Positions 1 through 11,595 of a stretch of 64,000 nucleotides of DNA are shown here, piece by piece. The position numbers and the translations under genes were made by a program. Under the pieces are notes generated by a model. It did no database searches, had not been told where the DNA came from, and worked only from the letters and a program-made list of their open reading frames with translations. The stretch's first letter is position 1. Every line of letters starts with the position of its first letter. This stretch comes from Octopus sinensis. Taxonomy: Eukaryota. The DNA is taken from positions 101,556,001 to 101,620,000 of the forward strand of contig NC_042997.1 in the NCBI RefSeq assembly GCF_006345805.1, given 5' to 3'.

Positions 1-1939
1 TAGCATGGCTGTTCGTACACACGCATCATACAGTCTGCCTTTCACTCTGTGCGAGAGGCCTTTTGTCACCAGTAGAGGTAAGAGCTCTCTGAACTTTGCC
101 CAAGCTATTCTTACTCTAGCAGTTACACTTTCAGCACACCCGCCCCCGCTGCTGACTTGGTCACCTAGGTAACGGAAACTATCAACTATTTCTAGTTTTT
201 CTCCCTGGAAAGTGACGGAAGTTGGTCTCAGAGCATTTTCAGTGTTTATTGTTCCTGAGCATCTGCCACATACAAAAACCATCTTCCTAGTTAGCCTTCC
301 TTTGACATTGCTGCATCTCTTATGTGTCCATAGCTTACACTTGGTGCATCTTATAGAGTTTCTACCTACACCTTTTCTACAGATCGAGCAGGGCCATCTA
401 CCTGAAGGTGTTTGTGATTTGTCTACCTTCCTACTGATTACGACTTTGGTTTTAGCTAGATTGACTCTGAGGCCCTTCGATTCTAATCCTTGTTTCCACA
501 CCTGAAACTTCTCCTCCAGTTCTGATAGCGACTCAGCAATTAGAGCAAGGTCATCAGCATAGAGGAGCTCCCAAGGGCATCCTGTCTTGAATTCCTCCGT
601 TATTGCCTGGAGGACTATGATAAATAGGAGGGGGCTGAGTACTGAGCCTTGGTGGACTCCTACCTCTACCCGGAATTCTTCACTGTACACATTTCCAACC
701 CTCACCCTACTAGCGGCGTCCCTGTACATGGCCCGCACAGCTCTCACTAACCATTCATCTATCCCTAGTTTCCTCATTGCCCACCAGATAAGGGATCGGG
801 GGACCCTGTCGAAGGCTTTCTCCATGTCAACAAAAGCCAGGTACAGGGGCTTATCTTTGGCTAGGTATTTCTCCTGCAGCTGCCTTACCAGGAATATAGC
901 ATCAGTAGTACTTTTCCCTGGCACAAACCCAAACTGCATCTCATCTAAACTAACTCTCTCTCTAATTAGTTGGGCTATGACCCTCTCCGTAACCTTCATC
1001 ACCTGGTCCAACAGCTTGATACATCTGTAGTTATTTGTATCTAGGGCATCACCTTTACCTTTGTAGCAGTTGACTATTATACTGCTACACCAGTCATTGG
1101 GTATGACCCCTTTGTGTATCACCTGATTAACTATACGGGTGACTAGGCTATAGCCGACACTACCAGACATTTTGAGCGTCTCTGCAGTGATTCCTGATGG
1201 GCCTGGGGCTTTCCCTGTCTTCATGCTTCTAATTGCCTTAGCTACCACGGAACTATCAACTCGGATAGCTGGTCCCTCTGTTGGGTCAACATTCGGCAGA
1301 CTCTCTTTATCCCATTCATTTTCTTCATTCAGCAACCTTTCATAGTGGCATCTCCAAACCTCTCTCTTTGCATCCTCATTTAGCGCAAGTGAACCATCTT
1401 CCATGCGAACACACTTCTCTCCTACCACATCACGATTCTCTCTCACACACTGTCTTGCAACACGAAGCACCTCCAGTCTTTGGTCCTCACGGCGCAGAAC
1501 ATTGGCAAATTTTTTCTTATCTGCTTCCCCTCTAGCTAAATAAACCTGTCTCCTAGCTTCTCTTTTGGCAGTCTGATACAATCCCCTGCTACCCCCATTT
1601 TTCCAGACCTTCCAAGCCTGTCTCTTTTCTCTAATAGCCCTGTCTACAATATTGTTCCACCACCACGTTATTCTAGGTCGAGAGGGGACTTTGCACCAGC
1701 CACAGATCTGGTCAGTGGCTCTCAGCAGGTTGTCCCTTAGAAACGTCCAGCTGTCTTCTACCCCCTGTGATGCTCTATCCCCTTCTACTTCGTCAGAGGC
1801 TTCAAGTAATATGTCCCTAAATCTCTGTCCATTTGCAGGATCTTTAAGCTTCCAGATCCTTCTTCTCCATATTTGTCGTCTTCTGGTTGTCCTCCTAGTC
1901 CTGATCCTAAAGTCACTAACTACCAGTCTATGTTGTGGG

Positions 1940-1944
<5 letters not shown>
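1..1944 (-). mobile_element. RTE-clade non-LTR retrotransposon ORF (end of APE region, RT, PHD finger); 5'-truncated, runs off window start
   Basis: Manual minus-strand translation gives 648 codons with no stop: CTPQHRLVV, KAPGPSG, NYRCIKLL, QFGFVPGKSTTDAIF, FVDMEKAFDRVP, GVHQGSVLSPLLF, ELLYADDL (YADD at 550-561), FRYLG, RVRIAWAKF. Missing from the ORF track, probably because it has no stop inside the window. Confidence 0.95.
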
Positions 1945-1999
<55 letters not shown>

Positions 2000-2000
2000 G
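1945..2000. repeat. (TA)n microsatellite between two oppositely oriented RTE copies
   Basis: Direct reading of the TA/CA dinucleotide run. Confidence 0.95.
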
Positions 2001-2001
2001 T

Positions 2002-2515
2002 ATGGAAACTGGGGATTCACGAATGGTTAATAAGGGGTGTACAGGCCCTATACAGAGATGCTGTCAGTAGGGTTATGATTGGAAATGAGCATAATGTAGA
2101 ATTCCGGCTTGTAGTAGGGGTCCACCAAGGATCAGCCCTCATGCCCCTCTTATTCATCATAGTCCTCCAGGCAATAACAGAGGAATTCAAGACAGGTTGC
2201 CCCTGGGAACTCCTCTATGCTGATGATCTGGCTATCAAAGCAGAATCACTACTAGAACTAGAGAAGAAATTTCAAGTTTGGAAGCAAGGTTTAGAATCGA
2301 AGGGCCTTAGAGTTCTAGTAAGTAGGAAGGCAAACACATCACACACCTCCTCAAGTAGGTGGCCCTGCTCGATCTCTAGAAAAGGTGTAGGTAGAAATTC
2401 CATAAGATGTACCCAGTGTGAGCTATGGACACATAAGAGGTGCAGCAACATCAAAAGAAGATTAACCGGGAAGCTAGCTTTCACATGCAGCAGATGCACA
2501 GGACCAACAAATACC
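2002..2515 (+). mobile_element. Internal fragment of a second, more diverged RTE copy (RT core end plus PHD)
   Basis: Translation KLGIHEWL...GVHQGSALMPLLF...ELLYADDL...WPCSISRKGVGRNSIRCTQCELWTHKRC is colinear with the 1-1944 protein. Confidence 0.92.
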
Positions 2516-2743
2516 ACATCGCCAGTCACATTTCCGTCATAGAAAAACGGGCCATAAAGATGCTTCTTACAGATGGCACAAAACACATTCACTTTTGGTG
2601 AGTCCTTCTCATGCTCAACTGTGGCATGGGGAGTTTCTTCACCCCAAATGCAAACATTATGCTTATTGACTTTACCATTTGTATGAAATGTGGCTTCATC
2701 ACTGAAAACAAGATGTTCGTTGAACTTGGCTTCTTCAAATTTC
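2516..2743 (-). pseudogene. Tc1/mariner transposase, catalytic-domain part (maT/rosa-like), 3'-truncated
   Basis: KFEEAKFNEHLVFSDEATFHTNGKVNKHNVCIWGEETPH...SPKVNVFCAI...GPFFYDGNVTGD; the first catalytic Asp lies in FSDEA. Confidence 0.88.
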
Positions 2744-3374
2744 AGTTCTATATTTAAGAGATGAGGAATTATGTACATTATTTACATTATTTGACAGATA
2801 TTTGTACTCATCTTGTTTGTTGTTAACACGTTTCGGCTGATATACCCTCCAGCCTTCATCAAGTGTCTTGGGGAAATTTCAAACATGGATTCTCATTCCT
2901 AAGGTATTTTTTGATGTTGTTATTATTATTATTATTATTATTAATCAGGTCACTGCCTGGAATTGAACTCAGATCTTGGTGTTAGTAGCCCGTGCTCTTA
3001 ACCACTACGCCATATGCCCATGGGCATATGGCGTAGTGGTTAAATAATGACATCAAAGAGAGGTTATCTTTATTACTTAGGAAAATAATCAGAGGTGATG
3101 ATAGAAAGAAAATCCAATAAGATCTTGGCCCACGGGCATATGACGTAGTGGTTAAGAGCGCTGCCTACTAACCCCAAGGTTCCGAGTTCGATTCCAAGCA
3201 GTGACTTGAACAATAATAATAATAATAATTATAATAATAACATCAAAAAATACCTTAGGAATGAGAACCCAGGTTCGAAATTTCCTCAAAACACCTGATT
3301 AAGGCTGGAGGGTATATCAACCAAAACGTTAACAAACAAGATGAGGACAAATATCCAATCAAATGTAAATAATG
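2744..3374. mobile_element. Inverted two-arm retro-insertion (tRNA-like head, (AAT)n, hammerhead-like tail) with 13-bp TSD; PLE pseudo-LTR-like or SINE dimer
   Basis: Arms 2744-3020 (-) and about 3128-3374 (+) are homologous. Flanks are TTCTTCAAATTTC (2731-2743) and TTCTTCATATTTC (3375-3387), which duplicate the transposase codons K-F/Y-E-E. Confidence 0.75.
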
Positions 3375-3930
3375 TTCTTCATATTTCTCTTGCATATCAA
3401 CACAGAACTGTTTGCGCTTTCGCTTGTCATCTGCCGTTATGGCCTGAACGAGCAGCAGCTTGTAGGGTTTCGTTAGCAAGCATTTCCTCAGAATGTGCCA
3501 GACTATCATTAAAGGAATCTGGGTTTCCAGACTTGTTCTTTTTATGGACATCTTGGGGCTTCGCAGGAGTTTTTGGCAAACCTCCTCGACCGTCTCTTCC
3601 AATGTTAGTGGTCGTCCAGATCCTTTTGCCCTGCACAGACAGCTCTCCTCTTTGAATTTTTTGTGCCATGTCCAAATCTGCATTGCCATTGGTGACTTTT
3701 TAGAGAACTCTCTCACAAATGCATGGTGCACAGTCTTGTTCGACTATGTTCAAGCATACTCCAACACACTAAACACCTTTTCTCTTCCAGTGAATGCCAT
3801 TTCTATGCCTGAAAAGATAAACATATTAAACATAAAATTTTGATCTGTTTGAAGCCATTTGAAGTCATTTGAACAAGAACTGGTAAAGTTTTTAGATTGC
3901 AAAAGGATATCAAATTTTTTGAAACACCCT

Positions 3931-3932
<2 letters not shown>
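3375..3932 (-). pseudogene. Tc1/mariner transposase N-terminal HTH part and left TIR (same element as 2516-2743)
   Basis: ATG at 3800-3798, then MAFTGREKVFSVLEYA*T*SNKTVHHAFVREF...GSGRP...KPYKLLLVQ...KQFCVDMQEKYEE, with two in-frame stops. The end reads ACAGGGTGTTTCAAAAAA on the minus strand next to a TA run. Confidence 0.88.
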
Positions 3933-3964
<32 letters not shown>

Positions 3965-4529
3965 AGGTTATAGGGTTCATGCAAGAATTTTATAAATATA
4001 GGTGTGACAGCTTAAATTTCTTTAAAAGTGTAAGTCAGGGATAGTTCAAATTTGGTGATGTAGGCTTGTCTCTAAATAAATTTTTAACTAGGTTTGTAGG
4101 TTTAGGGTTAGGGTTAAGAAAGTTATATACACATAAACATCTGCAACACATATGAACATATAGGTTTTCTTTGACTTGCATCTATAAATGCACATGTACA
4201 CATACATAGATGCACACATATACTTACAGTGCTTAAGTATATATGTGCATCACACACCCAGATATATGTAGACATATGAGGGCAATCCTGAGGGAAGTAC
4301 ATAATCTGCAAATGAGCATGTGTATACAAATCCTCATTTTCAATTGTAGGTGATTATAAAAAGTTAGGTAGAATCTTTTTGTTCATATTTACATACATAC
4401 TTGTAGATAATTGTAGTAAATATAGATGGAAAGTTATGGAAGAAGTTCAAGTGTTAATTGTTAATAATATGGTTATTTATATCATCTGGATTAGTTTTTA
4501 AAGGGAGGAATTTGAAATGTTTTAGTGTT

Positions 4530-4940
4530 CTAAACATTTTATGTTTGCAGGAAGAGATTAGCTCAGAGTTATGGTTCAGTAGTTAAATGTTGAATTAAAG
4601 AATTTGGTTGAATTCAGCTATACGGAGTTGGTAATGTTTGTTATTTGGTTGGTATAATTGTGTACAGATTAATATTTCAAGATGTGTTTAAATGGGGAAG
4701 AAATTTTTCCTACTTGGTTTGCAAAATGTATGCATGTGTTGATGGTATCTTATTTTTAACTTGTTAGCAGTGAACCCTATATTTGTGGCTGTAGTTGGTG
4801 TTGTGGTGTAGTTGTTATTGTTCTACTGAAGATTATGTTACTGCAAGGCAATTTCTGGTTAGAGGGCAAGATGAAGGGATGTTGCATTGGCAGTTGATGC
4901 AGCTGAGTGTATGGTTTTGGTTTTCATATCTTATAATAAT
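4530..4940 (-). pseudogene. Decayed Penelope-like element, GIY-YIG endonuclease and C-terminus
   Basis: Frameshifted pieces CINCQCNIPSSCPLTRNCL (CPLTRNCL at about 4845-4869), IGFTANKLKIRYHQH (about 4736-4780) and LLNHNSELISSCKHK (about 4537-4581) match the order and motifs of PLE endonuclease C-termini. Confidence 0.7.
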
Positions 4941-5719
4941 TCTGCTTGTCATTACATTACTTAACCCATTGGTAACACTTTCATGTGATTAGAGAAAAAG
5001 AGGGAGCGAGAAGCGTCCGTGACATGAGGTAGAGAGAATGTAATTGTAATGCTTTCATGTGATTAGTTGAAGGGAAAGAGAGGAGAGAGAAAAAGAGGAT
5101 AAGGCAAAGAGACAGAAGGGGGGAGAACGAAAAAGAGAGAAAGACAGGAAAGAGAGAGAGGAGTGTCTATGATATGAGGTGTGGGGAATTGAATAATTTT
5201 AGCAAAGGAATTATGTTCTGATGGTGAGGTTAAAGAAAGACAGTGAGAGGGGAAGAGAGAGGGATGGTGGTGATTGGGTAATGAAAAGTGAATTTTTTTT
5301 ATTAAACTAAGTTTTTTATATCACTTATCACTTAACACATACGCATAAGTGCAATTCCATGAAATATTCACGCTTATTTACATGGCAGATATATGCATTT
5401 TAACTAAAGTTTGTATCATATATACAGGATTCTTTTTTTGTTTAATGGAAAAATAAGAATGAATATTTATTTTATGAGTGTTGTGTATTAAGTCTATAAA
5501 ATTGTGCATAAAGAATATAAAGTGTATTATGTAATTATCGTATTCCAATTTCTTTAACTTTTCAATGGGTAGCAGATGAGTGACCATCTTTCCATATGGA
5601 TACAACACAGACTACATTTTCAGATTTTTGGATAAAGTTTTCAGGAATAACCCAATGGGTTTACCATTAATGCTAGTTTAGATAATTATAATTGAATATA
5701 GTTTCTTCAAAGATGCTGG

Positions 5720-6700
5720 ATGTAGAGTATGATATTTTGATGTTGCATTGTTAATCAAGATGTGGTACATGCAATTAGGGTGGAAGTGTTTATGAAGGAT
5801 TGGCTGGTTATTGTAGAGACTCATATGTTAAAAGGTTGATTGAACTAAGTTATGTTTCTTTCCCTGCTTTCACATTTATAGTGGATGTGGTGTTGTTAGT
5901 GTGCTGGACTTTTTCTCTATCACTGATATTGTGTAATACTTCTTGTATACAGTTGCTATTTTGTTGAATACACATTCATTACATAAAGTGAAGAGTGTTA
6001 ATGAGATGTTGACAATGTTTTTAATTATACTTTGTGTGGAGTTGGAGTCTGTATATACATTGGATTTGTTTTATAACGTTTGTAAATGGAGATATTTAAG
6101 TTTGAATTGACATCAAGGAAGTTAACTCTTTTGAGATGTATGATACTGCAATAGAGATTCTTAAGGTTTTGAAGAAGTGGTGTAATTCTTTCCTAAACCT
6201 GTCTGTTTGCTGTGTTTTAAAACCTCTGTAGAGGAGTAGACCATCTGAAATAAAGAAAAATTTTGCCTGATTTGCTGATATGTATAGACCAATGATGTCG
6301 CTGGCCTCAGCTGGGTCCTTTGATCCCACACTGACATCAAATGTTTCCTTGGGGTTTTTTTTGATCCAGTATGCATTGCTGTGAAACAGTAGGGATTTCC
6401 TGGCTTGTATTATTTTGATTTCTGTTTTTTGATTGTTGTTATTGATTTGGCAATTTCCAAAGCTGTAATAAGTATTGCATAACTGTCCTTAATGTCAAAC
6501 TGGAAGAAGTAATACTTGTTTTTGTTTAGTATGTTATTAAACTAACCAGTCACAATATATGTGTTACTTTAGAAAAGTAAGGCTGAGGGTGATTTCATTT
6601 TGGGTGTGACTGCATCAATGATTTTCTTCCTAATGATGCCTAGGTTAGATTTAAAAGGGTTTATTAGTGTGATGAATAGGTAATTATTGAAATTGGGTGG
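5720..6700 (-). pseudogene. Decayed Penelope-like element, reverse transcriptase and linker
   Basis: Motifs in the expected order: TLINPFKSNLGIIRKKIIDAV (about 6608-6670), FFQFDIKD, ARKSLLFHSNAYWIKK, FDVSVGSKDPAEASDIIGLY (about 6282-6341), VNFLDV, RERNIT*FNQPFN. Many stops and frameshifts. Confidence 0.75.
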
Positions 6701-7897
6701 TTGCTCATTGTAATATATGGGTATTTGTATGTTAAGATATCTACTTTATCTTCAGTTTTTAAGCTAATGGCTTTTTTTTGTGGGTGGGGTATGACTGTTG
6801 TGTTTATATCATTTCAAAATGCATTATTTGTTTTTTTCACAGAAAATGAGGTAGAAAGAAGTCAATTATAAGAATTAACACTAATCTGATAGAGGTCACT
6901 CATCTTGTCTAATTTTACAAACATTTACACTGTTTGAAGGCAGTCCGATTTTCTGCTTGATCTCATTCTGCAGAGTGTTCAATTGCTTGTTGAATCTTAC
7001 GTTTTTTTGTTTTTTTTATCATTGTGAATACAATAAGCCTCGTTCAGTTTCCATCAACCAAATTCACTCACAAAGCATTGTTAGCTGTAGACTATAATAT
7101 AAAAGACTTGCCCAAAGTGCTGTTGAGTGTGACTAAACTTGAAATCATGTGGTTGAGATGCTTTTGTAACATTAAGTATCTGTACTTATATTTTGTATAC
7201 CATACTAATCACTTGAATGCACCCACATTTGAAGATTAATGCAAAACAAATTAACTACCATATAAACAATGTCATTAACTGTCTTACTTTGTAAACCATT
7301 GTTGGAACAAAAGAAATATTCTGAACAAAAACAAACAAAAAAAATAAAACACAGTATTGGGTTCACAATCATAAGGCTGTGATTTCAGTTTCTGTTCTGA
7401 ACTATTTGGCACTTTGTATCCTTAAACAAAGCACTTCATTTCCCCTTGATCCAGTCAGCACAACTAAAAAGGTGCATGAGCAACAGCTGAGGGCTAATCC
7501 TACTATACATTGGTGTTCCACTTAGAGAGAAGTTAGATAGTCTTAGTCACTTAAATACCATGGAAACTAGCATGAGCCTAATGAACCTGTAGGCTTGAGA
7601 GAGAGTTTAATCCCAAACAAACTAAACACCAACACAAGCCTTTTTTTTTTTTTTAGGACTTGTATTTTCAGTTTGTTATTCAAAAGAACAGCATAAGGTA
7701 TAACATAAAATTTGTGTACATTTTAGATAAAGAAAATATTGATTTTTTATCATGAGAAAGAAAACGAACTTCAAAGAGCTGTGCTTGGTGGAGTTGTCTA
7801 GCTGGTATTTACTTCGTTGACTTTAGTGGGATGAAAGCTGTCAACTCAAACTCTGAATGTAAAAGTACATAATGCTTTTCTTTTCTGGTGCTGTACT

Positions 7898-8689
7898 CAT
7901 CATCATCATCATCGTTTAATGTCTGCTTTCCATGTTAGCATGGGTTGGACGATTTGACTGAGGGCTGGTGAAGCAGATGGCTGCACCAGGCTCCAGTCTT
8001 GATCTGGCAGAGTTTCTACAGCTGGATGCCCTTCCTAACGCCAACCACTCCGAGAGTGTAGTGGGTGCTTTTACGTGCCACCAGCATGGGGGCCAGTCAG
8101 GCAGTACTGGCAATGACCTCGCTCGAATCTTTTTACTCATGCCACTGGCACAGGGGCCAGTAAGGCGACACTGGTAAAGATCACGCTCAAACGATGTCTT
8201 TTATGTGCCACTGGCATGGAAGCCAGTTAGCCGCTCTGGCAACAATCGCAATCGGATGATGCTCTTAGCACCCTACTAGCACGGGGCACAAGTGCCAGTA
8301 AGGCGACGCTGGTAATGATCACACTTGAATGGTGCCTTTTATGTGCCAGTGGCACGGGAGCCAGTTAGCTGCTCTGTCAACGATCACACTCATATGGTGC
8401 TCTTTGCACCCCGCTAGCACGGATGCCAGTCATTGAAGTTGATTTTGATTTCACTTGCCTCAACAGGTCTTCGCAAGCAGAGTTTAGTGTCCAAAGAAGG
8501 AAAAGGTACACATATGTGGGCTGGTTACGCTCCTGGCATAGGCCGCAAGGTTATGGTCTCATTTGGCTTGCCGGGTCTTCTCACGCACTTCATATTTCCA
8601 AAGGTCTTGGTCACTAGTCATTTCCTTGGTGAGGCCTAAAGTTCGAAGGTCGTGCTTCACCACTTCATCCCAGGTCTTCCTGGGTCTAC
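7898..8689 (-). mobile_element. 5'-truncated RTE LINE 3' end (ORF terminus, 3'UTR, (GAT)n tail)
   Basis: RPRKTWDEVVKHDLRTLGLT...REKTRQAK*, then a 3'UTR with repeated GCCACTGGCAC units and the tail AAACGATGATGATG on the minus strand. Confidence 0.88.
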
Positions 8690-10777
8690 TATTTTTGCCA
8701 TTTCTCACTTCTACATGAGAAAATATATGTAAAACATGAACTGTTAGAGATAACTGTACTCTCTTATGTTTCTTCATTCTTTAAATGGTAATTTCTAATA
8801 TAGGGTATATGGGAGAGGGGAGCAGTTACTTATATCACCCCCACCTGACTAGTACTACATTTTATTGACACCAGAAGAACAAAAGAACACTGACCACAGT
8901 AGAATTTGAACTCAGAACATAATTGGCTGTTACTAAATACTACAAGGTATTTTATCCATGCTCTGTCATTTCTACCAGTCTACCATTCTGTTCTTTCTGT
9001 AACTCCATATTAGACTCAAATATTCTACCTGTTTAATGTTCAAACCAGCCAGATCCCACATCTCACACCTACCCTACAAAGTCATTCTAAAAGTAAACAA
9101 TCACATCACTGGAATCTTGAAGCTACAAGATAATACATAATTAATTCAAAACAATGTGAATATATAAGCTTTATATTTAACAGAGTAATCTGAATGCTAA
9201 AGAATTAGAGTAAAATTCATGTATCTTTTACCTTTTACTAGCTTCAGTCATTGAAATGCAGCCATGCTAGGGTATGCTGTATGTTATACTCATTTACGAG
9301 TTTTATTTTCCAATCACATTTTCTTGTCAATTGCTACCAGGATATCTCTTCTGATGTCTATCAGGATGTCTGTGTCTTAATGTCTGTCTATCAGGATATA
9401 TATATTTTACAGTCTATTTAGATATGTGTTCTAACAATTTTCAACTTTCATATAAATGAGCTCTTATACTTGTTTAACTCCTTATACAGAATGAGCTAAA
9501 ATAAATTTATCTTCCACTCCTTTACTCTTGTATGTATATCAATTGTACTTGAACAGGAACTAGTCTCTAACTGCTTAGAGGTTTATTAATATCAATGAAC
9601 ATATTTACATTCATCTAAGCTGCCTTCAGTTACTATCAGTCAGTTTTAGCTTACACACTAATATATTGTTTCTATCTTTGGATTAAAAAATATCACCTGA
9701 AGAAGCTTGAAAATAATTAACTTTAAACAACTAACTGTAAGTTCTTTCTTTCTCTTTCCATTTATTTTTCTCTTTCTTTGTATAAATTCTCTTTACAAAA
9801 ATTGAAAAACACTGTTGATACTTATAGTGTTTTAGTATACAAAAATGTGATCATACAAAGAATACTCATTTTACTTGTTAGACTTCAGCGATGCTGGGTA
9901 TCTTATGTATGTCCCTGCTGGAACTTTGAACATATATCCCCTTGTTAATGTCTAAGTGATGTCGATTGAGTCCCTCTGTATTTTCTTTTTTCTTTTTCAT
10001 TTAACTTCTCATATGAATAATTTTGTTGTTCGGACACTTGACTTAGTTTAAAAATCTAAATGTGTATTCACTATTTAATCTTAAGTTAAACCAACTATAG
10101 ATTTCAAATTTCAGCGTTTTCTCAAATATATGCCTTATAAACAGTGTTACACCATCCACTTTCTTTTCTCATACATAAACACTTTAACATTATGTTCATT
10201 GACTTGAGCTGTACAAACTTATCATTTTTCATTATATGTAGAAAATACTTTCAGGTACTTTACTAATTGTTTGTTTCATGCTAAAGTTGGTTCTCCCCAC
10301 ATGGTCGTAGCTTACTGGTGGAACAATCGTAATATTATTTGGGGTTTTGTTTAATTTTAAAACAAAATAAAATCTTGATCCTTGTTAAATTAAAAATATA
10401 TTATTTTGATATCCCTAATGTTTACATTTTGAAAATTTTAATCACTGTTTATATTTATTTTAAAAGAAAATTTGCTCTTCAGATTTTAATTCAAACTCCA
10501 ATCTTCTGCCTGAAGATTAAATTTAAGGAATATAGCTGTTTTGTGTAAGACCATTTACATTATACTATAAGCAATATCTTTGATCTAACAAGGGGTTAAT
10601 TTATCTTCTGGAGTAAAAATTTACCTGGCAAAGTGTAAAAATAATATACCCGAAAATGAAGTGTTCTATAATGTTTAAGTGTAAAACCTTACTCAAGATC
10701 TTCCCTTTTCTGTTTTCTATGTCTCCCCACCCCCTTTATTTTAAAGTAAAGTGTTGAATGGCAAAATACATCTAGCT

Positions 10778-11012
10778 CAGTGTTTCTCAACCATTTTTCT
10801 TACCTACAGACCTCTTTGATTCCTATTTTACTCCGATAAGCTCTTGTAACCATTCGATGCTTTAAAACTCATATTATATTTTTATCATCAAATATCATTA
10901 AAAATTGTTTAAAATATTTTGTGAAATATAGAAGCATAACAAATTTATTGCAAATAAATTTTAATAACAAAATTTTACATAGACCCCCATGGACCCTGGT
11001 TGAGAACCACTG
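10778..11012. mobile_element. hAT-type MITE
   Basis: TIRs CAGTGTTTCTCAACC / GGTTGAGAACCACTG. The 8-bp flanks ATCTAGCT and GTCTAGTT match 6/8 and fit an NTCTAGAN-like target. Confidence 0.85.
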
Positions 11013-11539
11013 GTCTAGTTGGTGGATAAAGACAAAAGAAGAATTAACAATCAGTATCCTAGTTATTTATCAGTAAATACTTTACTGTCCACTCTATAGC
11101 TTTGATACTTTAATACTTATTGTGATTTGTTAATTCTTTAAAATATTCATTACAAAGAACTGTATGAATAATTTGGTTTTCCCACAACTCACAACCTGTG
11201 CTTAAGGCCTGTCTGTCAATGAGGTTATTCATTTGAATGTTTAGCCTCAGCTACTGTATTTTTTAAAAGATATGAATGTTTATGAAATGACATAAACTTC
11301 CTGTAAGTACTTTACTATCAAGAACATTCTTTGTTTATCTTCTTTTTAAATATTATTGCTGTAATGTGCAATTTAAGTTTTCTTTTCTTTCTTTTTTTTT
11401 ATTAGTTTTTTAATATATTCAGATAGATACACTTACTACTTAAATATACTTTGCTTTAAATAAACTTTGAACCAAAAACTACTGAAAACAATAACTAAAA
11501 TCACAGTGGAAAATAAGTTATGTTGACCATATCTCCACC

Positions 11540-11595
<56 letters not shown>

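Noticed and set aside
212-1535. Several plus-strand ORFs of 84-147 aa
   Set aside because: Antisense shadows of the intact minus-strand RTE frame.
1652-2542. 296-aa plus-strand ORF in the track
   Set aside because: Chimera of antisense RTE sequence, a (TA)n run and the second RTE fragment; not a gene.
3130-3205. tRNA-like sequences here and at 14673, 43191 and 49790
   Set aside because: A and B boxes are present, but I could not fold a complete cloverleaf and each continues into a repeat body. These are SINE-type heads, not tRNA genes.
4090-4117. TTAGGG-like repeats
   Set aside because: Only two to three units; insufficient for an interstitial telomere call.
9686-9715. CTGAAGA...GAAA hammerhead-like words (similar at about 10510, 20695 and 30675)
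   Set aside because: Supporting stems I and III cannot be drawn.
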